Position numbers and translations under genes: made by a program. From Ionaspis alba (Eukaryota), in assembly GCA_964255285.1 (NCBI GenBank), contig CAXUUL010000022.1, positions 1-63,381 on the forward strand: a stretch of DNA of 63,381 nt, given 5' to 3'. Each line of letters starts with the position of its first letter. Position 1 is the stretch's first letter. Positions 47,886 to 60,580 of the stretch are shown here, piece after piece. The notes under the pieces were generated by a model. It was not told the DNA's origin and searched no databases. It saw nothing but the letters and a program-made list of their open reading frames with translations.

Positions 47886-50080
47886 CTCGAGTCCAACGGC
47901 GGATCGTGTGGCTTACAGTAGTATGCTCCCTCGGGATCATGCAAACATCCGGCGTCACTGGTAGATACCAGATCCCCCGAACAAGTCAGTCTGAAACCAG
48001 AACAGTGGTGGCTCATCACTGACAATAATGGCAAGAAGGTAGTGTACTGTAGGAGGCAAAAGCATCCAGACTTCCTCTATGTCCGGAGCACAGGCCTAGG
48101 ACAGAACTTTCCACAGCTCCCTCGGACGTCAAACCATCATTGTTCTATTAATAAGTATGACCTTGTGCATCATTTCGAACTACAGTGCAACGAATATGGT
48201 ACTACTATGCATATACAGTCCTACTACTACTAGATACACATCCGGGAGAAGATTTGCAGGATTCTTTCCTCCATCCTTGGCCGGTACCCCTTTTCCATAT
48301 CTGCCGCCACTTTGGGGGTGTGGCCCCTGTGGGTCGTTGATGGGGGATCCCTATGATTGGCGCTCCCACCGGAAATTAGCACGCAAAGTCGCCACACCGA
48401 TCAAGCAATGCCCATTTCTTTCCTCCACCCAACGGTCCCTGCCTATTTTGATTCTGGTCTCGAGGTAGAATCACTATCCCGACAAGTTGCACTTCATCAG
48501 AGACAATCAGATGCGTGAAGAATACATCCATACTTCACCTTTCACAGGATCATCAGCAAGCTCAATGGTAGCGGATCAGCGACTGCTATTTTTGAATCCA
48601 CGGATTTGCGAGAGTATGGACGATCTTTCTTCTCTGACTGTAAAACCATTGGCCCCCGGTGCATGGCATGACAGAAGAGGAGGCCGGGCGGCAGATTCAT
48701 GCACAGGTCGCCGTTGACGTCGTCCCTGTTGTAGCTGCTGGGATGGAGGGATGCCATCCCTGGCTCCCGCCCAGGGCGTGAAATGGGCGGATCAGCCATT
48801 CTGTTCATCCGTCAAAAATTACAAGTGCATTACGAGTACCTGTTGCCCGCCAGATTCTGGTATCGTTTTGTCTAAGGCGGTGTTCTGATGCGACAGGATT
48901 TTGAGGTGGATGAGGATCAGTAGACCAATAACGATAGTAGTGGGTGTCTCTGCCATACAGTGGCTCGGCGTATCGCAGTATTGCCTGCAAAGGACTTGCC
49001 AGTAGTGGATGGCACCGTAGTTGCGATGAATGTTGTCTCGATCAACTCTCCACCAGCATGATCAATTGAAAATGGGTGAGACTGATCGTAATTAGTTTTG
49101 ATAGCAGAAATTGTTGCTGGGATACTACTACAAGACTACTCCGTAGTCTGTATTGTACATATGCACCAGCTGGGAAGTACTGCTCAATTATTACATTGGG
49201 AGGAAGGACCTTTTCTTCCCGAAATACGCAAGCTAAACACCAAAATACACTCTGATCGTGGTTTGGGCGAATCAGCGTGAAGCAACTCCATTCCCAAACA
49301 ATCCTGGCTAAAGGCGGTGGTACCGGAAGGGTCAGAGGTACCTGCCTTTGCCTATCCTGCTCGCTTCCTCCCCTATCCGATCCATTATTTCCTCCCTTTC
49401 CCCATCTGCTCTTACTTCGTTCAATCTCTCACCCCATCTGCTTCTTACATCTCCTCCTGCTCCTCCGCCATCTCTTTCGTTGGTAGCAACGAGGTCATCC
49501 ACTCGCTGAGAATTGTGTCTGGATTTTGCAGCACGCGTGGAACTGTGGTGTGGGAATTACCTTTGACCAAGGCACGGCAGGAATAATAGCAAGTTTCTCG
49601 TAGTTCGGAGCAACCGCCACGCAATCGTTATTTCTCCTTCGTTCCTCCTCCACCTTCTTTTCGTGTGCAACAACAATCACTTCGAGTCAAATCTCTCCGC
49701 CGTCGACTTTGACTGTTTATCGCGACACCAGATCATCCGATTCACATACCATTGGGATCTGCTCCGGTCGGGAATCAACTGGGCTTCGCGACGTAACCGC
49801 CTCACGATATACACGTCGCGTGTGCACATATTTTCTCGTTCAGATACTGGAGGCGTTCCCAATCCTGTCTTCCGCACTTAATCTTTCATTGCTGAGACTG
49901 GAAAAGCTCATCGATGGGCAACCACTAAGGTCAGTTCAACCATTCGTTCTCCGCTCGACACCTGGCGACCGACGACCGCCGTTTTACCAACTTGCTTTGG
50001 AATTCATTTCGATCGCAAATCTACGAATTTGATTCTCATATACTACAGTTTCATAGCAATCTCGATTCGTTACCGCAGTC

Positions 50081-53000
50081 ATGTCAGGTCATCCTCAAGG
50101 AGGCCATTATGACGATGGCTACTCCCATCAGGCACATGGAGCCGATTCCTACTACCAAGATGACCACAACCAAAGCTATTACGACAACAACGGTCAGTAT
50201 GCTCAACACCAGGATTATCATCAGGGACAGCACGGCGGAGATGGATATTATGACGAAGCGTGAGTGATTCTTCGGCACTTCTGGTGTCATGATGTCCCTG
50301 CTCTGACCAAATTTCAGTGGCTACTACAACGCCGATGCCAATAACCCATACCAGCAAGACGGAGGGTATTACGATGGTCACCAACAAGGCTACCAGGATG
50401 ACTATGGCGAGCAGTATCATGATCAAGGCCCTGCTGCTGGTCAGCATGGAGGCTATGCACAGAACGGCAATGGGTAGGCACTATGTGTATTGTACAAACC
50501 GCACTCATGGCTGACAAGCATAGCGCAAGGTCCAGGCGTCGAGGCCATGACTCCGAGGAAGATTCTGAGACCTTCAGTGATTTTACAATGAGATCTGATA
50601 TGGCGAGAGCTGCGGACATGGATTACTATGGACGTGGCGATGAGCGATACAACAGCTACAACGAAGGCCAGAACGGTGGGCGGGGATATCGACCACCATC
50701 TTCCCAGATATCGTATGGTGGAAATCGGTCGTCTGGAGCCTCTACACCTGTCTACGGTATGGAGTATGGCAATGCTCTTCCGGCTGGCCAGCGTTCTCGA
50801 GAACCTTATCCAGCTTGGACATCAGATGCTCAGATTCCACTTTCTAAAGAAGAGGTCGAAGATATCTTCTTGGATCTTACTGCAAAATTTGGCTTCCAAC
50901 GCGACAGCATGAGAAATATGTACGACCACTTCATGACTTTGCTGGATTCTCGAGCTTCCCGCATGACTCCAAACCAAGCTCTTCTGTCATTGCACGCGGA
51001 TTACATTGGAGGAGATAATGCCAACTACCGACGATGGTATTTTGCAGCTCATCTAGACTTGGATGACGCAGTTGGCTTCGCCAACATGAAGCTCGGAAAA
51101 GCAAACAGAAGAACCCGCAAGGCTCGCCGAGCAGCCAAGAAGAAGGCCGATCAGGACCCACAGAACGAGGCTCAGACTCTCGAGGGCTTGGAAGGCGATA
51201 ACAGTCTGGAAGCGGCCGAGTATCGCTGGAAATCTCGCATGAACCGTATGTCACAGCACGACCGTGTCCGGCAGATCGCTCTCTACCTGCTCTGCTGGGG
51301 TGAGGCGAATCAGGTCCGTTTCATGCCTGAGTGCCTCTGTTTCATCTTCAAGTGCGCGCTTGATTATCTGAATTCCCCCGAAGGCCAAAATCGTGTCGAA
51401 CCTGTCGAAGAATTCACATATCTGAATCAAGTGATTACACCATTGTACCAGTACTTCCGAGACCAAGGGTTCGAAATCTTCGAGGGTAAATACGTTCGCC
51501 GCGAAAGAGACCACAGCAGCGTCATCGGTTACGACGACATGAACCAACTCTTCTGGTACCCCGAGGGCATCGAGCGTATTGTTATGGAGGACAAAACAAG
51601 AATGGTTGATGTGGCTCCGGGCCAAAGGTATCACAAGCTGAAAGACATCGCCTGGAAGAAGGTGTTCTTTAAGACGTACAAGGAATCACGGTCTTGGTTC
51701 CACATGCTAGTCAACTTCAACCGCATTTGGGTGCTCCATCTTACCATGTTCTGGTTCTACACAGCATACAACTCCGCCCCCATATACACCAAGGACTACC
51801 AGTCTCAGTATGACAATCCACCCACCGCTGCTGCACGGTGGTCCGCCGTCGCTCTTGGTGGCACCGTGGCCTGCTTACTCATGATATTTGCGACTTTGGC
51901 GGAGTGGGCCTATGTTCCTCGTCGGTGGGCTGGCGCTCAACATCTGACGAAACGACTTCTCTTCCTCCTGGTTATCTTTGTCATCAATGTCGGCCCCAGT
52001 GTTTACGTCTTTGGCATCAAGGGCGGTCAAGGACAGATTGGTCAGATCCTTGGAATTGTTCAATTCTTCGTCGCTCTCGCAACGTTTCTTTTCTTCGCCA
52101 TCATGCCTCTAGGTGGGCTTTTCGGTAGTTACTTGACGAAAAATTCGCGCCAGTACGTTGCTAGTCAGACCTTCACTGCTAGCTGGCCACGCCTAAAGGG
52201 TAACGACATGTGGATGTCTTATGGACTATGGTTTCTTGTTTTCCTCGCCAAATTTGCCGAATCATATTTCTTCCTCACTCTCCCCTTCAAGGATCCAATC
52301 CGCATTCTCTCCTCGATGCAAATCAGGAACTGCATTGGCGATGCAATCCTAAAGGAGTATCTGTGTCATTACCAACCGAAAATCTTGCTTGGAGTAATGT
52401 TCTTCACGGATCTGTGTCTCTTCTTCCTCGATACTTATCTCTGGTACATCATCCTGAACACAGTATTCTCTGTTTCTCGCTCGTTCTACCTTGGTGTGTC
52501 CATCTGGACTCCATGGAGGAATATCTTCTCTCGTTTACCCAAACGTATCTACTCGAAGGTCCTTGCAACCACCGACATGGAGATCAAATACAAGCCCAAG
52601 GTCCTAATCTCCCAAATATGGAACGCCATCGTCATCTCGATGTACCGAGAACATCTTCTTGCCATCGATCATGTGCAGAAACTCCTCTACCACCAGGTAC
52701 CATCAGAGCAAGAAGGCAAGAGGACTCTACGCGCGCCGACCTTTTTCGTGTCTCAGGAAGATCATTCGTTCAAGACGGAGTTTTTCCCCGTCCAAAGCGA
52801 AGCGGAGCGACGTATCTCTTTTTTCGCCCAATCGCTTTCGACTCCGCTTCCTGAGCCCCTTCCTGTCGACAACATGCCAACCTTCACCGTTCTGATTCCT
52901 CATTACAGTGAAAAGATTCTTTTGTCTTTGCGAGAGATCATTCGGGAGGATGAACCGTACTCGCGTGTCACCCTTTTGGAATACCTCAAGCAACTTCACC

Positions 53001-56000
53001 CTCATGAGTGGGACTGCTTCGTTAAGGACACTAAGATTCTGGCTGATGAGACCTCTCAATTCAATGGCGATTACGAAAAGACCGAAAAGGATACTGCGAA
53101 GAGTAAGATCGATGATCTTCCGTTCTACTGCATTGGTTTCAAGTCAGCTGCTCCTGAGTATACACTGCGTACCCGAATCTGGGCCTCTCTACGATCTCAG
53201 ACTCTTTATCGAACGATTTCCGGTTTCATGAATTACAGCCGTGCTATCAAACTACTGTACCGAGTCGAAAACCCCGAAGTGGTGCAGATGTTCGGCGGGA
53301 ACTCTGACAAGCTTGAACGTGAACTTGAGCGTATGGCTAGACGGAAGTTCAAGATTGTCGTCTCGATGCAGCGCTACGCGAAATTCAACAAGGAGGAGAG
53401 AGAAAATACGGAGTTTTTGCTTCGTGCCTACCCTGACCTTCAGATTGCTTACCTTGACGAAGAGCCTCCGCTACAGGAAGGTGACGAACCTCGATTGTAT
53501 TCGGCTTTGATCGACGGACACTCCGAACTCATGGAAAACAATATGCGCCGACCTAAGTTCCGTGTTCAACTCTCTGGAAATCCAATTCTTGGTGACGGCA
53601 AATCTGACAATCAAAACCACTCCCTTATCTTCTACCGGGGAGAGTACATTCAGCTTATCGACGCTAACCAAGACAATTATCTCGAGGAATGTCTCAAGAT
53701 CCGTAGCGTTCTAGCAGAATTTGAGGAAATGACAACCGACAATGTCTCGCCGTATACTCCCGGTCTGCCTCCCGCACAAATGAACCCTGTGGCTATTCTT
53801 GGTGCTCGTGAATACATCTTTTCCGAGAATATTGGTATCCTCGGAGATGTCGCAGCCGGAAAGGAACAAACGTTCGGTACACTGTTTGCTAGGACACTCG
53901 CACAGATTGGTGGCAAGCTTCATTACGGTCATCCTGATTTCCTCAACGGCATTTTCATGACTACCCGTGGTGGTGTCTCCAAGGCTCAGAAGGGTTTACA
54001 TCTCAACGAAGATATCTACGCCGGTATGAATGCGCTCCTCCGTGGAGGACGTATAAAGCACTGCGAATACTACCAATGTGGAAAGGGTCGTGATCTTGGC
54101 TTTGGCTCCATTCTCAACTTTACAACCAAGATCGGCACTGGCATGGGCGAGCAAATGCTGTCCCGCGAATACTACTACCTCGGAACACAGCTTCCTCTCG
54201 ATCGCTTCCTGTCCTTCTACTATGCTCATCCCGGATTCCACATCAACAATTTGATTATTATCCTAACGGTGCAACTGTTCATGCTCGCTTTGATCAACTT
54301 GGGAGCTCTCGCCAACCAAAGCATTATCTGCGACTACAATCGCGATTCTCCCATCACAGATCCTTTGAAACCATATGGATGTCAAAACCTCACTCCGATC
54401 CAAGACTGGGTGTTCCGATGCGTTGTCTCAATTGCAGTCGTCTTCTTCATCTCTTTCTTGCCGCTTATCGTTCAGGAGCTCACGGAGCGAGGATTCTGGC
54501 GTGCTGCGACTCGCCTGGCCAAGCACTTTGCGTCTTTCTCGCCACTCTTCGAGGTTTTCGTCTGTCAGATCTACGCCAACTCACTGTCTCAGGATCTATC
54601 TTTCGGTGGTGCTCGATACATTGGCACTGGTCGTGGGTTTGCGACTGCCAGAATTCCTTTCGGTGTCTTGTATTCCCGATTTGCTAGTCCTGCGATCTAC
54701 CTCGGCGCTCGTCTATTGATGATGTTACTCTTCGCAACATTGACGATATGGGGAGTTTGGCTCCTGTACTTCTGGGCTTCTCTCCTCGCGTTCATTGTCT
54801 GTCCATTCCTCTTCAACCCGCATCAGTTTTCGTGGAACGATTTCTTCATCGACTACCGCGACTTCCTCAGGTGGCTGTCTCGAGGCAATTCTCGATCGCA
54901 TGCATCGTCCTGGATTGCGTTCTGTCGATTGTCACGAACTCGAATCACTGGTTACAAGCGCAAGACCATTGGAGAGCCATCAGCGAAGATGTCGGGCGAC
55001 GTACCGCGCGCCAAATTCACCAATCTCTTCTTCGCTGAAATCATCGGGCCCCTCATTCTGGTAGCATTGACTGTCATTCCGTACCTATACATCAACGCAC
55101 AGGCTGGTGTCATCAAGGCGAACAACCCTGGCAAAGATCTTTCACCAACATCATCCTTGATCAGAGTGGCTGCCGTCGCGTTCGGGCCCATTGCAATCAA
55201 CGCACTGATCCTACTGGTGTTCTTTGCGATGGCTTGCTGTATGGGTCCTGTCTTGAGCATGTGCTGCAAGAAATTCGGTAGTGTTCTGGCTGCCATTGCT
55301 CACGGTATCGCGGTCGTCATGCTCCTCGCCTTCTTCGAGGTCATGTTCTTCCTTGAAGGATTCGACTTTGCAAAAGCACTCCTCGGGATGATCGCAGTGG
55401 TTGCCCTACAACGATTCATCTTCAAAGTGATCATCGCACTTGCGCTCACCCGTGAGTTCAAGACAGATTCTGCTAACATTGCTTGGTGGACCGGGAAATG
55501 GTATAACATGGGTTGGCATTCGATGTCTCAACCGGGTCGTGAATTCCTTTGCAAGATCACCGAGCTCGGAATGTTCGCCGGGGACTTCATCCTTGGACAT
55601 TTCATCATGTTCCTCATGCTACCGGTGCTTGTCATACCATATGTCGACAAGTTTCATTCAGTCATGCTCTTCTGGCTTCGACCAAGGTACGTTCTTCCTC
55701 AATGCTTTGATGATATCTATCACTGACATAATCGCAGTCGTCAAATCAGACCGCCAATCTACTCTCTGAAGCAGTCGAAGCTACGCAAACGACGTGTCAT
55801 TCGTTTCGCCATACTCTACTTCGTCATGCTTGTTGTCTTCCTTGCTCTTGTCGTTGGACCTGTTGTGGCGGGCAAATACGTTCCCCTCAAGAAGATTCCC
55901 ATGAGTCTCCTACAGCCCGTTGGATACAACAACAATGATACCTTCTCCACCGTTACCGGCGGTGCAATCAACCCCGGTCTTGGTGCGAAAGGTCCAGGAG

Positions 56001-56023
56001 TACCGCCGGCACCAACGGCGTAA
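50081..56023 (+). CDS. FKS1: 1,3-beta-glucan synthase catalytic subunit (GT48)
   Basis: Tyr/Gln-rich N-terminus, [75 protein letters not shown]; introns about 50260-50317, 50474-50523, 55687-55737. Confidence 0.99.
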
Positions 56024-56652
56024 GCAACAAGTTGAGCAGTAGAGAAAAAAATAACGACACGAGGGGACGTCGCATATATGTACAGCAACGCCAATTACCT
56101 CAGAAACCAGGCCAGCAACTTTCTTTCCGAAAGTTGTCTAATGACCCAATTGTCTGACTGGCCTGATATATTGTATCTCGTCTCTTTTGTGCGACAGGCT
56201 TCATTGGTGGCGTAAGGGATAGAGGGCAGCCATCACGCATGTTTGTTTCTCTGGCGGTGGCTGAGGGACGTCTTGTACGGCTCCTGGGTTGTGTGCTGAA
56301 ATGGATTAATTCTGGCGGTACTCTTCTGAGTTTATTACATTAGCAGTTAGTTCTTTTATTTCCTTTGGCTGGGCAACGTGCAAAAAAAGCCTGCAGCACT
56401 AGTCGATGTACATTATAGATGGGACAAATAGTGCAATTGCAGTCATAATCATGAATTTCATCTCAAGGCACGTGTGTAGTGAAAGTGATTTGGAAGTCGT
56501 ATCCTTGGTTTGTGGTTTCCATAAAATGGTCCTGAATTTAGTACGGAGTTGAACCTCCGAGTGTCCCGCAAGATCCCTACTCGCCTCAAGTTCCTATATC
56601 GGATTTCCAATTCCTTTGTAGAAACGCCCGACTGCATGTACCGCATGGCATA

Positions 56653-58464
56653 ATGGACGCGAACGACCTCCATGGCTGGCTCCTCAAGTTCCTAGACGAA
56701 CTCTCCGACGTCTTTCAAAAATTACCTGGCTCCTCAATCTTTCTTCGGTACATCAAATCGAGCTACCAGAATGACCCTGTCCGATCCGGCATCGAGCTCT
56801 TCTTGTGCCTCTTTGCGGTACGGTACCTGCTTGCGCCGGCCTACTCGACACAGAAGAAGAGCTATGTGAGACTTACTGATGAGGTGTGTATGGGTCTACT
56901 CTGCCTTGGATGGAATTCTACGTAGCTGACAACCGTCTTTCCAGGAAATCGACGAGCTCGTTGAAGACTGGACGCCTGAACCGCTCGTCACGCCACAAAC
57001 CGCCTTCGAAGAAGCAGAAAACGAGAAGAGGCCCGTCATCGTAGGGTGCGAAGCCCCATATCCCTTTCTTCCTCCAGCAAAACCGTCTGGACTGACCTGA
57101 CCCTGCCGTGCTAGACCCACGGGCCCCAAAGTGAAGCTCGCCAACGGCCGCACCGTCACAAATCTCGCGTCCTACAACTTCTACAACTTCGTCGGCAACG
57201 AAACCCTCAAAGAAAAAGCCATTCAAACGCTGCGGACCTACGGCGTTGGTCCTTGCGGTCCTCCCGGCTTCTACGGCACTCAAGACGTGCATGTGAAGAC
57301 CGAAGCGGACATCGCGGCTTTCCTCGGGGCGCCGGCTTGTATCGTGTATGCGCAGGCGTTCTCGACAATCTCGAGTGTGATTCCGGCGTTTAGTAAGAGG
57401 GGCGATGTCATTGTGGCGGACAAGGCGGTGAATTATGCGATCAGGAAGGGGATTCAGATCTCCAGGAGTACGGTCCGGTGGTACGAGCATAATGATGCGG
57501 AGGATATGCGGAGGGTGTTGGAGAGGGTTGTCAAGGAGCAGGCGAAAAAGCCTTTGACGAGACGATTCATCGTTACGGAAGGCCTCTTTGAGGATGTAGG
57601 TGATATGGTCGATTTGCCTAAAATTGTACGTCTACTGCCCCAGTTCATCCACATACACTCCCGATGAATTCCTGGTTGCTAACCGCTTTCCAAAGATCGA
57701 GCTCAAACACCGCTACAAATTCCGCCTCATCCTCGACGAAACCTGGTCCATCGGTGTCCTCGGCCGTCACGGGCGTGGCCTCACCGAGCACCAAAACGTC
57801 GACCCTCTGAGCGTCGACATGATTGTTGGCAGTCTAGCTGGCCCCCTCTGCGCCGGTGGCGGCTTCTGCGCCGGTTCCGACGAAATCGTAGAACATCAGC
57901 GTATCAGCGCCTCGGCCTACACCTACTCGGCAGCGCTGCCGGCCATGTTGGCGACGACGGCGAGTGAAACTCTGGCGATTTTGCAGAGGGAGCCTGAGTT
58001 GCTTGTTGGGTTAAGGGAGAATGTAAAGGCGCTGTGGGCACAGTTGGATCCGAGGAGTGAGTGGGTGAGGGGCCTTAGTGATCTAGGGAATCCGGTTGTG
58101 GTTATGGTGCTTAAGGAGGAGGTGGTGAGGGGGAAGAGATTGGGGGTTGAGGAGCAAGAGGTACTGTTGCAGGATGTGGTTGATGAGGTAAGCCTATCGC
58201 TCTTTCCAATTATGAGGATGATATAGGAGGGTGGTTTTCGAGCTGTGAAGGCTGATGACTCTGGGGATTTAGTGCATGACGAATGGCGTCTTGATTACCA
58301 GACTCAAGAGTATGCCGAGGGGCAACCCGAAGGAGGTCGGATGGGAACTGCAGCCGGCGCTTAAGATCTGCGTCACTACGGGTCTGACGAAGAAGGAGAT
58401 CGAGAGGGCGGGAATTACGATTCGGCATGCTATTACTAAAGTGGTGAATCGGAGGAAGTCGTAG
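56653..58464 (+). CDS. LCB1: Serine palmitoyltransferase subunit 1
   Basis: YIKSSYQNDPVRS, EIDELVEDWTPEPL, YGVGPCGPPGFYGTQDVH, LILDETWS.GVLG, GGFCAG....EHQRI; four introns. Confidence 0.96.
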
Positions 58465-60580
58465 TGGTGGGAAACGGGCTGGGATTTCCTTTCACATGAC
58501 TCTCGGTCTTAGTCATTCCAGTTCCGTCTTTACTTTGGAGGTCTTTCGGCATGTGGATGGATATTCGACATACTAGAACTATATTGTAATATAGGAGACT
58601 ACGGTGTAGACTAAGGCGGCGTTTAATGGTATTGTCGTCTTTCTATCCTCACATGTGGGTTATCATCATTCTAGAACTCTGAGAGATCTGTCGCTCTGCA
58701 TAAATTATACCCATTTTACTTACCACAAATCGTTGCTCTATTGTCTATTCACTAGCCTTCGAGGTATTTACAAGGGCGTTCGGAAGCTACGGGAATCCTC
58801 CTTCCCATTAAGCCAGCTGGACTTGGCTTTGGGAGGAATTGGACTTTGTTGGGAGGCACCTGGGTAAAAAGAGAGCCGCAAGCCCCCGGATGCGCAATCT
58901 AAAACGGACTGTTGTGTTTGTTTCCGGGGATTGAAGCTTGAAAACAGACGCAGTTGCGACGCGTCACAGTCGGTTGGTTGCTAAAGATCCTCGGGAATGA
59001 ACAAACACCGTTCATCCACGACGTTGGATTATTTCTGAGGAACCAAAGCCTCACTGTCTGTTGATGCTTTGAGACTGCAAATTCTTCGTTATGTTTTCTT
59101 TGCGCATCTATTGATTTCCCAGGGACTCGAGCAAGTGGAGTTCGTGCATACCCTAATGGATAGGCTTGGGATAGGCTTGCGACGGGCTGCTCGGCTCTCA
59201 CATCATGTACGATGGGTGTGCGTGCCCGGAGGATTGAAAATATAATACGGGCTTGTTTTAGTGTATGGTAGGATGGGGGTTCCTGGCGGTAATTAAATGA
59301 AATGATGCTCCAGGATGGGATTGGACATGTGTGTCTTCGTGCGGGCGCAGAAGCTTTCGCGATGCATAGCCAAAGCAAGCAGGATACGCCATCATAGTTA
59401 AGATTGCTCTTACCGTACTCGCGAGACTCAGCCTACCGGTCCGAATGGCCGTCGGGTCTCCGTGAAGATTCGATCCTCCAAGCTCGTTGTTGATGTTAGG
59501 TACTCTAGTAGGATAGTGATGCCTGGTCTACTCCGTAGATATCCATTAGTCTTGGTAGATTGTTGTCCATCGGCCCGTTCTTTGAAGTGGAAATGCCGCA
59601 GAAAAAAGGACGTAGGTAGTCGTGGCAGATATTACTGCGAGAAGGGAAACAAAAGAAGACTCTTGTCGTTCCTGCATGGTACCTGATCCACACCGCGTGC
59701 AACGGTTGGGTGTCATCCACTGTCCCCCTGTGCTTCCCCTGGTGGCTCCCCTCTAAACAAGGGACTAATCTGCGGGTTGGTGGTTGGGCTCCACCTGTCG
59801 TCGTAGCTCCCACCGAAATTTGGTGACAAGGGCGAGGAGGCCCGCTTAGCTTGTGTTGATCGTCGTCGCGACCGCAACCGCGAAAAGAACGCTCTCTTTC
59901 TCCAACCTTTCACCATCTTTTCCTTCCCTGTCGCAATAAATCTCTACACTCCTCTTCACCACCACGCTCTTTCACCTTGCTCCCGCTCTTGCTCTTGCTT
60001 CTTGCTCTCCCTCTTTTTGTCCCAAGTCTTCAGACCTAGACTTCACCTTCACTTGTCTCTGGACATCCCACATTCCTTGTCTACAGCATCAACAAGCAGA
60101 ACTACTTCCCTCACTTTGGCGGTACACCAGTAAACCGACCTCCCTTCACTCACAGCTTCACTACCACTGCAAGTCAGCGACTGCAAACCCGAGACCCGAT
60201 TCACTAGTCTAGCACTTGAATAAAAATACAAAAGGCATCAATCAACTCAAGCAGAAACCTGTCGGAGCATCTTCATTGTCGCCGCATTCCGCAACTCAAA
60301 ACAAAGGCATTCCCCTGAAACACCTCACCCTTGTGGCTTGACGCCCGTCCATTGTCAGGTGTATGTCTTCCATTGTTGATTCTCCCCAAAAGACAGCGTC
60401 TACACTTCTTCATCCCTCCTTTGTTGCAATCATTTTTATTCGACGTTTGTTGTCACTTCATTGCGCAAATTCAATTCCGCCATGCTGTTGACTAACTCCG
60501 CTGGACGGTCATAGTCAATTTCCACCTTACAACAGTATCAACACGTGCGTATCGTTTCTTCCAATTACAAGGATATCAAG

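Noticed and set aside
47740..48970. Crz1-like GAGGCTG/GTGGCT motifs in the GEL/FKS1 spacer
   Set aside because: Biologically plausible but too short and sparse to distinguish from chance without conservation data
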